In this document: positions 1-9,375 of the stretch, piece after piece
Layout: every line of letters starts with the position of its first letter
Position numbering within the stretch: the first letter of the stretch is position 1
Assembly (NCBI GenBank): GCA_050950145.1
Contig: JBMNHB010000001.1
Coordinates: forward strand, 364,820 to 428,819
Source: Candidatus Dojkabacteria bacterium
Lineage (GTDB): Bacteria > Patescibacteriota > Dojkabacteria > SC72
Direction: 5' to 3'
Length of the DNA: 64,000 nt
Made by a program: the position numbers and the translations under genes
Notes under the pieces: model-generated
Database searches by the model: none
What the model was told of the DNA's origin: nothing
The model's input: the letters and a program-made list of their open reading frames with translations, nothing else

Positions 1-338
1 GAGTTTCCTTTGCTAATAAATCTAGCAACTGTCTCATCTTTCATTTCTTCTTTAAAGATAAAGAGAGAGTTTGGATATGATGGTATATCTCCAATACCAA
101 TAACATTCTCAGTTTTCATATCAGAAATAGAAGTTCCTTGTCTGATTCTTGTAACAAAAATAAATGTTAAATAGAGAAAACCTAAGAGTAAAGCAATTAA
201 GAAAAGAGCAAATATACCTCTCTGTAAACCTAATGAAAGTTTTACTTTTCCCCTATATCGTGTTTTATTCTTTTTAAATATTGTTTTCTTTCTTTTTTTC
301 CTTTCAATAATAGGATTAACAGTAGGTTTCTTAGGCAT
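1..338 (-). CDS. Partial CDS (N-terminal part; gene continues beyond the window start): basic N-terminus followed by one hydrophobic segment, predicted membrane-anchored protein of unknown function
   Basis: Reverse complement of 1..338 reads MPKKPTVNPIIERKKRKKTIFKKNKTRYRGKVKLSLGLQRGIFALFLIALLLGFLYLTFIFV... with no stop before the window edge. It is absent from the ORF track because it is incomplete. Start codon is CAT on the + strand at 336..338. Confidence 0.45.
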   Translation of the reverse strand, partial: MPKKPTVNPIIERKKRKKTIFKKNKTRYRGKVKLSLGLQRGIFALFLIALLLGFLYLTFIFVTRIRQGTSISDMKTENVIGIGDIPSYPNSLFIFKEEMKDETVARFISKGN

Positions 339-436
339 ATACACTTTAGTGAAACTTGTCTTTCTATCTTTTCCTTTTTTCTTTTTGAATATAGACATGA
401 TTAATATAATAGCATATTGTATAATATATACGTTCC

Positions 437-508
437 TGCGGGATCATCTAATGGTAGGATGCCGGTCTTTGAAGCCGAGAATCATGGTTCGAATCCATGT
501 CCCGCAAT
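437..508 (+). tRNA. tRNA-Gln (anticodon UUG)
   Basis: Cloverleaf read by eye. Acceptor TGCGGGA/TCCCGCA with U1:A72 as in bacterial tRNA-Gln; D-stem ATCT/GGAT; anticodon loop CTTTGAA (anticodon TTG); T-arm CATGG-TTCGAAT-CCATG. There is one C:A mismatch in the anticodon stem. CCA is not encoded. Confidence 0.6.
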
Positions 509-513
509 ATCTT

Positions 514-780
514 TTATATATTCCTTAATCTTCTAAGTAATTCTGCTACCTTCTCCATAACATTTTTTAGTATGGGGTTTGTCTCATCTACAGGCATAAT
601 ATCATCTAGAAGGAGCTCTAAATCATCTTCAGATACTTCAATACTATGTGTGTCTTGTAAATTCTCCATAGCATATTGTAACTTTGAGGCTAAAATAGTG
701 TGTCCATTTATATCCCAATGAAAAGCATTATTTAAAGCAATAACCTCTTCTTTTGTTAATTGTAATATTCCTCTTTGCAT
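514..780 (-). CDS. Hypothetical acidic 88-aa protein immediately downstream of uvrB (5-bp gap, same strand)
   Basis: Balanced amino-acid composition and tight coupling to uvrB. The overlapping + strand ORF 497..721 has junk-like composition and is rejected. Confidence 0.45.
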   Translation of the reverse strand: MQRGILQLTKEEVIALNNAFHWDINGHTILASKLQYAMENLQDTHSIEVSEDDLELLLDDIMPVDETNPILKNVMEKVAELLRRLRNI

Positions 781-785
781 TTTAA

Positions 786-2747
786 TTACATACTCATTTT
801 AATTTCTTTTATCCTATCTCTTAATTCTGCAGCTTTCTCAAACAGTAATCTATCAGCTGCAATAAGCATATCTTGATTAAGTTCTTTAATTAACATCTTT
901 TTCTGTCTCTCATCCATCTTTTCAACTTCAATATCTGCATCTTCTCTGTCTTCCTCTGTTTCAACAAGTCTTCCTCTAATCTCCTTTGTTATACTTTTAG
1001 GAGTAATATTATGCTTTTTGTTGTATTCCTCTTGATATTTCCTTCTTCTATTAGTTTCATCAATTGCATATTTCATACTTTCGGTTACAGTATCTGCATA
1101 CATAATAACTCTTCCTTCTACATGTCTAGCAGCTCTACCAATTGTTTGAATTAAGCTGGTCTTTGATCTTAAGAACCCCTCTTTATCTGCATCCAGTATT
1201 ATTACAAGAGAGACTTCTGGTAGATCAATACCTTCCCTAAGTAGATTTATACCAACTACAACATCATATTCTCCTAATCTTAAATCTCGTAGGATATCAA
1301 CTCTTTCAATAGTATCAATATCTGAATGAATATATTGTACCTTGATATCAATATCTTTAAGATAATCAGTTAAATCTTCTGCAAATCTCTTTGTTAATGT
1401 AGTGACTAATACTCTCTGTCCTTTCTCTGTATTTTTTCTAATTTCATTAATTACATCATCTATCTGATTTAGGGTTGGTCTTACTTCTAAATGTGGGTCT
1501 AGAAGCCCTGTAGGCCTTGTTAGAAGCTCTGTTACTTGCATATTGCTGTCTTGTAGTTCCCAATCAGAAGGAGTTGCAGACATATACAGTGTTGTTCCCT
1601 GCTTTTTCCTAAATTCTTCAAAATTCAACGGTCTATTATCTCTTGCTGTTGGTAACCTAAACCCATGTTCTATCAAATTATCCTTTCTTACTCTATCACC
1701 ATTGTACATTCCCCCAATCTGAGGAATTGTAATATGTGACTCATCAATGAAAAGGAGGTAATCTTCGGGAAAATAGTCAAGAAGAGTGTAGGGTGGTTCT
1801 CCAGATTTCCTACCATCAAAATATATACTGTAGTTCTCCATACTTTTACAGTAACCAACCTCTTGTAACATCTCAATATCGTAGTTAGTCTTTTGTTCTA
1901 ACCTTTGAGCTTCTAGCTCTTTACCAATATTTCTTAAAAAAGCTACTCTCTGTTCTAAATCCTTTTTAATATTTCCAATTGCATTATCAATCACCTCTTT
2001 AGAATATACTAACGATGTTGCAGGAAATATTAAGATCTCTTTTTCTTCAGTTATTCTTCTCTTTGAAATTGGGTCCACCTTACTAATTCTTTCAACAGTA
2101 TTACCAAAAAGTTCAATTCTAATTGAGACATCATCATATGGAGGAAATATCTCTAAAATATCTCCATTTATTCTAAAAACACCATTTGTAAAATCAAAAG
2201 TATCTCTCTCATACCTCATATTCACCAACTCTAAAGCAACATCTGAGAGCTCAATCTTCTGTCCAATATAGAAAGAGATAGATCTGTTCTCATAGTTCTC
2301 TGGCTGACCGATATTGTAAATACATGATACAGATGCAACTACCACAGTATCCCTCCTTGTAAGTATTGCATTCATTGCTCCAAATCTTAAATTCTCAATC
2401 TCTTTGTTAACCTCAGATTCTTTCTCAATGTAAAGATCTCTAGCAGGAATATATGCTTCTGGTTGGTAGTAATCGTAGTAAGAAACAAAGTATTTAACAG
2501 CATTCTCTGGAAAAAACTCTTTTAGTTCTTCATATAGTTGTGCAGCAAGCGTTTTGTTATGTGAAATTATCAATGTAGGTCTGTTTAACCTTTCAATAAT
2601 ATTAGCCATTACAAATGTTTTTCCTGAACCAGTAACACCAAGAAGAGTTTGTTTAGGATGAGTATTAATATTTTCAATAATTTTCTCTACTGCACTCTGC
2701 TGATCAGGAGAAGTTTTGTATTTAGAAATGAGATTAAAGGTTTCCAT
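786..2747 (-). CDS. uvrB: Excinuclease ABC subunit B (UvrB)
   Basis: The N-terminal region aligns with the UvrB N-terminus and helicase motifs (GVTGSGKTF Walker A, DYYQPEAY, DESH). The track ORF starts at a TTG at 2765. The first ATG (METFNL...) is at 2747 and aligns with the E. coli UvrB N-terminus. Confidence 0.95.
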   Translation of the reverse strand: METFNLISKYKTSPDQQSAVEKIIENINTHPKQTLLGVTGSGKTFVMANIIERLNRPTLIISHNKTLAAQLYEELKEFFPENAVKYFVSYYDYYQPEAYIPARDLYIEKESEVNKEIENLRFGAMNAILTRRDTVVVASVSCIYNIGQPENYENRSISFYIGQKIELSDVALELVNMRYERDTFDFTNGVFRINGDILEIFPPYDDVSIRIELFGNTVERISKVDPISKRRITEEKEILIFPATSLVYSKEVIDNAIGNIKKDLEQRVAFLRNIGKELEAQRLEQKTNYDIEMLQEVGYCKSMENYSIYFDGRKSGEPPYTLLDYFPEDYLLFIDESHITIPQIGGMYNGDRVRKDNLIEHGFRLPTARDNRPLNFEEFRKKQGTTLYMSATPSDWELQDSNMQVTELLTRPTGLLDPHLEVRPTLNQIDDVINEIRKNTEKGQRVLVTTLTKRFAEDLTDYLKDIDIKVQYIHSDIDTIERVDILRDLRLGEYDVVVGINLLREGIDLPEVSLVIILDADKEGFLRSKTSLIQTIGRAARHVEGRVIMYADTVTESMKYAIDETNRRRKYQEEYNKKHNITPKSITKEIRGRLVETEEDREDADIEVEKMDERQKKMLIKELNQDMLIAADRLLFEKAAELRDRIKEIKMSM

Positions 2748-2783
2748 TCTCACATATTCTACCAAATATATTAATATGTTAGA

Positions 2784-4643
2784 ATGTATATTATGGCAAG
2801 TGTAAAGTTAAACAGACTATCAGAGGATGTTGTAAGACAGATTGCAGCTGGAGAGGTAATTGAAAGGCCAGCATCTGTTGTAAAAGAATTAGTTGACAAC
2901 TCAATTGATGCTAGTGCAAGTAAGATTACAGTTAAAGTTAAGAATGGTGGTATTGACCTAATTGAAGTCTCTGATGATGGTATTGGTATTCCAAAAGAGA
3001 ATCTAGAAGGTATTTTTGAATCACATACAACCTCTAAGTTAAGTAATATTGAAGACTTAAACACACTTCTTAGTATGGGTTTTAGAGGTGAAGCTCTTCC
3101 TACAATTACTTCTGTAGCAAAGGTTAGAACAGAATCAAAGTATGAAGGTGAAGAGAAAGCAAATGCAATATTTTTTAATGAAGAAGGTGTTGCAGAGATA
3201 TCAACAGTAGCAAAAGAGAAAGGTACTACAGTGAAAGTAGAGAATCTTTTTTACAATATTCCTGTTAGAGCAAAGTATCTTAAAACAGCAAATACAGAGT
3301 ACAGGAAGATATATGAGTTGTTGAATAGGTATTTCTTAATATATCCAAATATCTCTTTTGTTTTAGAAAAAGATGGAAAAACAGTTGTTAATATCAAATC
3401 TATTCCGAATTCTAAACCAGGTGAAATTATCGAACAGAGAGTCAATGAAGTTTTAGGAAAAGAATTCAGTGATTCAATGCTTAAACTTTTCTATGATGGT
3501 TCTGGTACAAAAATTACTGGCTTTATCTCACACCCTTCAAAACATGTTACAAAAACTGGTAATCAATATATTTTCATTAACAACAGACCAATTACAGATA
3601 GAGGGATTGTTAGATCGATTATGGAAGGATACTCTAGGTATATTCCATTTGGGCAAAAAATTGATTTTGTTGTAAATATTAATATTAAACCAGAACTAGT
3701 TGATGTAAATGTTCATCCAAGAAAGGAAGAAGTTAGGTTTGAGAACCCATTTAGAATATATTCTGCTATAGAGGAAGCTGTTAGACATACTTTAGAGAAA
3801 AGTCTTTCCTACAGAAAAGAAAAAACTGAAGAAGTAGGGCAGGTTGGAGGAGGTGTTGATTTTCAGTCAATGAGAGACACCTACAATACCAAAGGATCTA
3901 AACCTTCTTTTTCTAGTACTACTGGTTCTAGAGATATTAAACAGTATCAACAACAATCATTGTATTCACAAAACAAATCAGCATCTGTTAGAGATAGCAT
4001 AATGTTTTCAAAAGAACTATTCAAAGAAATTGAACCAGTTGAAGATATTCAAGAACAGGAAAGGGATGATATTAGATCAATGTTTCAAGTCTTCAATAAG
4101 TATGTTGTTATTGAATTTATTGATGAAAAACTCTGGGTAATTGATCAACATGCAGCAGCAGAGAGAATTAATTTTGAAAGACTGTCAGATAGAGAAGAAA
4201 ACAGAAAAACACTACAGAATCTTCTTGTTCCTACAAATATTAAATTCTCATCTAATCAACTACTTTTCTTAGAAGAGTCAAAAGAATTCTTTAATGATTT
4301 AGGTTTTGTGTATTCGGTTGAAAAAGATTCAATTAATATACAAACAGTTCCTGCAGAATATGCAGAATCTGATTTTGAAAAGATTTTCTTAGATATATTT
4401 GAACTTGAAGATGATATTGAACTTCTTAAAAAGAACTACAAGAAAAGAAAAGAGGATTTACTAGCAACAATTGCTTGTCATGGAAGTATTAGGGCTGGTC
4501 AGAAACTAGCATATGAAGAGATGTTAAATCTCTTTAGAAGCTTAAAGAGTTGTAAAAATCCATACAGTTGTCCTCATGGAAGACCTATTGTATGGAAGAT
4601 GACATTAAGTGAGATAGATTCACATTTTGAAAGGACATACTAA
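2784..4643 (+). CDS. mutL: DNA mismatch repair protein MutL
   Basis: N-terminal GHKL ATPase motifs (QIAAGEVIERPASVVKELVDNSIDA) and a C-terminal dimerisation/endonuclease domain. The true start may be the ATG at 2793 (MASVKL). Confidence 0.9.
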   Translation: MYIMASVKLNRLSEDVVRQIAAGEVIERPASVVKELVDNSIDASASKITVKVKNGGIDLIEVSDDGIGIPKENLEGIFESHTTSKLSNIEDLNTLLSMGFRGEALPTITSVAKVRTESKYEGEEKANAIFFNEEGVAEISTVAKEKGTTVKVENLFYNIPVRAKYLKTANTEYRKIYELLNRYFLIYPNISFVLEKDGKTVVNIKSIPNSKPGEIIEQRVNEVLGKEFSDSMLKLFYDGSGTKITGFISHPSKHVTKTGNQYIFINNRPITDRGIVRSIMEGYSRYIPFGQKIDFVVNINIKPELVDVNVHPRKEEVRFENPFRIYSAIEEAVRHTLEKSLSYRKEKTEEVGQVGGGVDFQSMRDTYNTKGSKPSFSSTTGSRDIKQYQQQSLYSQNKSASVRDSIMFSKELFKEIEPVEDIQEQERDDIRSMFQVFNKYVVIEFIDEKLWVIDQHAAAERINFERLSDREENRKTLQNLLVPTNIKFSSNQLLFLEESKEFFNDLGFVYSVEKDSINIQTVPAEYAESDFEKIFLDIFELEDDIELLKKNYKKRKEDLLATIACHGSIRAGQKLAYEEMLNLFRSLKSCKNPYSCPHGRPIVWKMTLSEIDSHFERTY

Positions 4644-5905
4644 TGGGAGTATTTATCGGTTCAATACCAAATAACACAGAAGAAGATGTTAAACTAGCTA
4701 CAGATATTCTTAAAGGTAATATCCGTACAAAAAATGCAAGAAGAAATCTAGAAAGAAAGTTTCAGGATATATTTCCTAAAAAAGATGTTTTTCTTTTTAA
4801 CAGAGGAAGAGAAGCAATGCATTTTCTTTATCAAAATATTCCCTTACAGAAAGATGATGAGGTAATCTTACAAGCATTTACATGTATAGCTGTAGTTGTA
4901 CCTATACTTTGGAGTAAAGCAAAACCTGTTTTTGTTGATATGAAGAGAGAAACATTTAATATTGATCTTGAGAAACTTAAAGAAGTAATTACACCTAAAA
5001 CAAAAGTTATTGTTGTTCAACATACATTTGGAAATCTTGTTAATATGGAGGAAGTTAGAAAAATTGTTGACGAAGAAAACAACAAGAGAGAGGACAACAA
5101 GAAGATCCTTCTACTTGAAGATTGTGCTCACCTTTTTGATAGTACAAACAAAGATTTGGGTAAATATTCAGATGCTTTTTTCTTTAGTTTTGCGCAAGAC
5201 AAGGTAATTAGTTGTACACAAGGAGCTCTGTTAGTGATGAATCACACCTTTAAGTTGAAGAATAATTTAGTAGAGAAATATGGAAAGGTTGATGGAATGC
5301 CAGAAAAAGATGCTCTTTACAATGCAAAATACATTACTCTTTGGGATAGGATAAAGAAATATTACTTTACAGTAGATATTCCTTTCTTGAAATTTAGTAT
5401 TGGAAAGTTGCTTCTTGTGATATATAGATTATTTGGTTTAATTAAAAGACAGGCATCAAGTAACAGTACAGAGTTTGAAGGGATTTACAAACTAAGTGAT
5501 GTACAAGCTAAGTTGTTAGATCAACAGTTAGAAAGAATAGAAGAATTTAATGAACATAGGAGAAATATCTCAAAAATATATACAGAAGGATTAAAAGAAA
5601 GTTTTAAGTTTAAAGTAATAGAAGAACTTTCTACAATGTTAAGATATCCTATTCTCTTACAAAACCCAGAGCAAGTAAAAGAAGAATTAAGAAAGATTAA
5701 AGTTATAGCTGGTAGATGGTACACAACACCAGTATTTCCAATTAGTATAGAAAACCTTCATACTGTAGGATACGAAAAAGGAAGCTGTACAGAAGCAGAG
5801 TTTTGTTGTAGAAATATTATCAACCTACCAACAAATATTGAAGTTACAGAAGATATTGCTAGGAATATTGTTTGGATTATTAACTCTGTTGGGAAAGAAA
5901 TTTAA
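4643..5905 (+). CDS. DegT/DnrJ/EryC1/StrS-family PLP-dependent aminotransferase-like protein
   Basis: The family pattern DEVI..P.FT......KPVFVD...NID...L...ITPKTKVI..H..G.......LLEDCAH....G...D.FFSF..DKVI is present. The start overlaps the mutL stop by 1 nt (TAATG). Confidence 0.65.
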   Translation: MGVFIGSIPNNTEEDVKLATDILKGNIRTKNARRNLERKFQDIFPKKDVFLFNRGREAMHFLYQNIPLQKDDEVILQAFTCIAVVVPILWSKAKPVFVDMKRETFNIDLEKLKEVITPKTKVIVVQHTFGNLVNMEEVRKIVDEENNKREDNKKILLLEDCAHLFDSTNKDLGKYSDAFFFSFAQDKVISCTQGALLVMNHTFKLKNNLVEKYGKVDGMPEKDALYNAKYITLWDRIKKYYFTVDIPFLKFSIGKLLLVIYRLFGLIKRQASSNSTEFEGIYKLSDVQAKLLDQQLERIEEFNEHRRNISKIYTEGLKESFKFKVIEELSTMLRYPILLQNPEQVKEELRKIKVIAGRWYTTPVFPISIENLHTVGYEKGSCTEAEFCCRNIINLPTNIEVTEDIARNIVWIINSVGKEI

Positions 5906-5922
5906 ATTGAGAAAATATTGAA

Positions 5923-6981
5923 ATGGAGCTTACATTTAAACAGATAGAGGATGATAAGGAATGGGATAGCTATGTCTTTGCTATGTCAAACTACTCATTT
6001 CTTAATAGTAGTGCAAGATATACTTACAACAAGAATGTAGGTATTGAGACATTTAGATATGCAATATTTAAGAAAAATGAGTTAAAAGGAATAATTACTG
6101 GTAATATTGGTAATTCAAAGCTTTTTGGTAAATTCTTAGAATGCAAACACTCACCCATGTTATTAGATGGTACAAAAGAAGAATGGGGAAAAGTTACTGA
6201 CTTTCTTAAAAACCTTGCTAAAGAAAACAGTTGTTTTATGCTTAGATTCTCTCCTTTACTAACAGAGAATGAGCTACTAGCAGAGTTCTATGAAGAAAAC
6301 GGATTTATCAAGGCTCCTACTCACAATGTGGACGCTTTAATCTCTCAACAGATGGATTTAAGTAAATCATTAGAGGAATTAAGAAGAGAGATGAACAAAA
6401 CGAGGAGGAATTTGTTAAATAGACTCCTTGAGAATAAAGATGTTACTGTGAAGATATTAACAGGAAAGGAAGTGTTTGATGATTTTGCAAGATTTCATGA
6501 TGAGACAGTTAAGTTTAAAGGTTATGTAGACAAACCAACAAAACTTCTTATGAAAGAACTTGAAGAACAACAGAGAAGAGGTATGTGTTATATGGTAGCT
6601 GCATATTATGAAGATAAACCTTTCTCTATCTGGCAAAATACAGTATATGGTGATAATATGCATCTCTATCAGGCAGGAGCATCAACAGATTTTAGATTGA
6701 ATAACTTAATGGTAACAACATTACTCTTCTGGAAGAGTCTAGAATTAGGAAAAGAACTAGGGCTTAAAACATATGATTTGTTTGGTGGTGTTGTACCAAA
6801 TAGTTTTGAGAACAAAAAACATCCATGGAGAGGTGTAAGCGAGTTTAAGAGAAGTCTAGGAGGAATAAAGGTAACATATATGCATAGTAGAGACTATCCA
6901 TTAAACAAAGTTAAATATTATCTCTACTATGTCTACTCAACAATCAGGACAAAGATGAAAGGACATACAACAGATTGGTAA
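5923..6981 (+). CDS. FemAB-family (peptidoglycan interpeptide-bridge aminoacyltransferase-like) protein
   Basis: Length, two-lobed GNAT-like layout and residue pattern resemble FemAB/MurM-type proteins. Judged by eye only. Confidence 0.45.
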   Translation: MELTFKQIEDDKEWDSYVFAMSNYSFLNSSARYTYNKNVGIETFRYAIFKKNELKGIITGNIGNSKLFGKFLECKHSPMLLDGTKEEWGKVTDFLKNLAKENSCFMLRFSPLLTENELLAEFYEENGFIKAPTHNVDALISQQMDLSKSLEELRREMNKTRRNLLNRLLENKDVTVKILTGKEVFDDFARFHDETVKFKGYVDKPTKLLMKELEEQQRRGMCYMVAAYYEDKPFSIWQNTVYGDNMHLYQAGASTDFRLNNLMVTTLLFWKSLELGKELGLKTYDLFGGVVPNSFENKKHPWRGVSEFKRSLGGIKVTYMHSRDYPLNKVKYYLYYVYSTIRTKMKGHTTDW

Positions 6982-7009
6982 TACAAAACTATATAGTAAA
7001 ATAGAAGAA

Positions 7010-8737
7010 TTACCAACTACCACCACCTCCACCGCCTCCGCCACCACCACTAAATCCACCTCCACCAAATCCACTTCCACCACTACTAAAACCACCACCA
7101 CTTTGGAAGGCAGGAGTTGTTATCCCTCTGTTAACACTAGAGATAGAATGCATTAGCATATGTACATCAAATGCTGAGATATCTCCTCTATACCAATCAG
7201 GTTGTTCAGTATATATCTCCTCAAACTCTTTTATCCATTTCTTTTCTAAACCGAACAGTATTGCATAAGGTAGCAACTTTTCAAAAACCCCCTGATATTT
7301 TTTTGGATTATTATGAAATTCTATACGGTGCTTCTCTGCTGTTTTAATATACATCTTTAATCCTTGCAATTCATGATAAACCTTGTTCCCTTCTTCTGTT
7401 CTACTATCTAAGAGGAAACTCATTATAAATATTGGGAGACTGGTTATAAGTATAATTGCACCAGCAACACCAAAACCCATCATTGATAGAAATGCTATTC
7501 CCATAACATTACCTATGAATAATATAATGGCAAATGCAATTACGAATGCTGATATAGTAGCTTTCTTTTTATCAAGATAGTTGTGTGCTTCAGTATCCCT
7601 CTTTGTCTGATCCCAAATATTCTTAGCTTCTGTTCCTAATGAAGATGTTTTCTTTTTAGTATTAATTTCATTAGATGAAGAGAATAGAGCATCTAAAAGT
7701 AGTTGTGATGAAACAGGACTTATTGCTTTCTCAGAGTTGATTTTTCGTAGAACATATTCTTTTCTATCTATCTGTTCTATTTCAATATGACCGTTTACTG
7801 CTAGATTTATTATCTCAGCAGTAATTACCTTTGGTGTAGGAACACCTTTGGAAAGTAAGTAACCACTAATTAGAGGATTTATCCCTTTAGGAGGAGTATA
7901 GTGGGGGATTATTGTTAACTTTGGGCTCCTTATCTTTTTAAATACTGTAAAGAAGAAAATCGGAATAAGAAGAAGAGCAAAGAGACTAAAAGTATTAACT
8001 TTTTTGATACGAATATTCTCCGCCTCTCTAACATCTTCAATAGAGCCTTTTGGCATAGCTATTGCAATTGTTACAGCCTCATTACTGTTTAATGTTTCCT
8101 TATTTGATAGTGATAAGCTTGTATCGGATAGAGGTGTGAATTCACAATTTGATCCTTTTTCTCCATATCTACCAGTATAACAAACAGTATTTTCAATTTT
8201 ACCTGGAAGGCTGATTGTTGCTTGCACTTTTTCAATAGGGACGACCCAACCTGTACCTATTATATTCCAGTATAATTCATCGTGGTCTTCAAAATAGTTT
8301 ATCCCATTCTTAACGGTATAATCTATTTCATAGATATATAATCCCTGTATCGTTTTCTCAGCATCTCCAATTTTGATATTAACCTCTTTACCAAAATCTG
8401 TTTCCTTTTCGTAGGAAGTAGAAACAGCAGAGCTATCTGTACTAGGATAGTACTTAATAGAATTAATTTTTATACTAGTAGGTGTTTTAAGTGCATTTCC
8501 TTGCTCTCTTTTGTTTATCGGTATAGTTCTGTAAATACCATGTTTAGGTAATGGGAAATAGTAATGAATCTTCTCATTTATTCGTATATCTGTATTTTCT
8601 TCAAGAGTAAGATTAACCTCAAATAACTGGATTTTTTCTTCTCCAATGAAATCATAATCTTGAGCATGTATAGGAGATACATTAAAGAAAACAACTATAC
8701 ACAAAAAGCCAAGTATTATACTTAGTAATCTTTTCAT
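7010..8737 (-). CDS. DUF2207-family membrane protein with C-terminal glycine-rich tail
   Basis: Signal peptide, large extracytoplasmic domain, two TM regions and a C-terminal GGGFSSGGSGFGGGGFSGGGGGGGGGGSW tail typical of DUF2207. Located immediately downstream of lemA. Confidence 0.65.
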   Translation of the reverse strand: MKRLLSIILGFLCIVVFFNVSPIHAQDYDFIGEEKIQLFEVNLTLEENTDIRINEKIHYYFPLPKHGIYRTIPINKREQGNALKTPTSIKINSIKYYPSTDSSAVSTSYEKETDFGKEVNIKIGDAEKTIQGLYIYEIDYTVKNGINYFEDHDELYWNIIGTGWVVPIEKVQATISLPGKIENTVCYTGRYGEKGSNCEFTPLSDTSLSLSNKETLNSNEAVTIAIAMPKGSIEDVREAENIRIKKVNTFSLFALLLIPIFFFTVFKKIRSPKLTIIPHYTPPKGINPLISGYLLSKGVPTPKVITAEIINLAVNGHIEIEQIDRKEYVLRKINSEKAISPVSSQLLLDALFSSSNEINTKKKTSSLGTEAKNIWDQTKRDTEAHNYLDKKKATISAFVIAFAIILFIGNVMGIAFLSMMGFGVAGAIILITSLPIFIMSFLLDSRTEEGNKVYHELQGLKMYIKTAEKHRIEFHNNPKKYQGVFEKLLPYAILFGLEKKWIKEFEEIYTEQPDWYRGDISAFDVHMLMHSISSVNRGITTPAFQSGGGFSSGGSGFGGGGFSGGGGGGGGGGSW

Positions 8738-8745
8738 ATATTCTC

Positions 8746-9294
8746 TTAGAATTTTACTTCAACATTCTTTTGCTCTTCTTCAGAAGCCTCAAAGAACTCT
8801 ACCTTCTTGTATCCAAACATTTGAGCAATTAAGTTTGTTGGGAATACAGCTATTGCTGTGTTGAAATCTCTTGCTGCGCCATTGTAGTATCTTCTAGATT
8901 TCTGAATATTCTCCTCCAACTCTTTCAATGTAGTCTGAAGTTCCATAAAGTTTGCATTTGCTTTAAGATCAGGGTAGTTTTCCGCGACTGCAAATAATTT
9001 AGAGATAGCACTTGATAATCCTTCCTCTATCTTCATCTTTTCAGGCAGACTTCCTGCCTCCATTGCTTTTGTTCTCATCTCTGTAACTTTTTCTAGAGTA
9101 GAACTTTCGTGTTTTGCATATCCTTTAACAGTTTCAACAAGATTAGGAATCATGTCATATCTCTGTTTCAGGAAGGTTTCAATATCCGAAGATGCCTCCT
9201 CAACCATAACTTTTAATTTTGCCAGCTTGTTAAACACTGTAACAAAAGCAATCGCAATTAACACGACAATACCAAGGATTATGTATAGTATCAT
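8746..9294 (-). CDS. lemA: LemA-family protein
   Basis: N-terminal TM followed by a conserved LemA core (QRYDMIPNLVETVKGYAKHE ... FMELQTTLKELEENIQKSRRYYNGAARDFN). Confidence 0.85.
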   Translation of the reverse strand: MILYIILGIVVLIAIAFVTVFNKLAKLKVMVEEASSDIETFLKQRYDMIPNLVETVKGYAKHESSTLEKVTEMRTKAMEAGSLPEKMKIEEGLSSAISKLFAVAENYPDLKANANFMELQTTLKELEENIQKSRRYYNGAARDFNTAIAVFPTNLIAQMFGYKKVEFFEASEEEQKNVEVKF

Positions 9295-9375
9295 ATTTTT
9301 TTAAATAAATAATTTAGATAATAAATATTATATAAATTTTATTCCAATGTCTAGAGAGATTAACAAAATAAAGAG

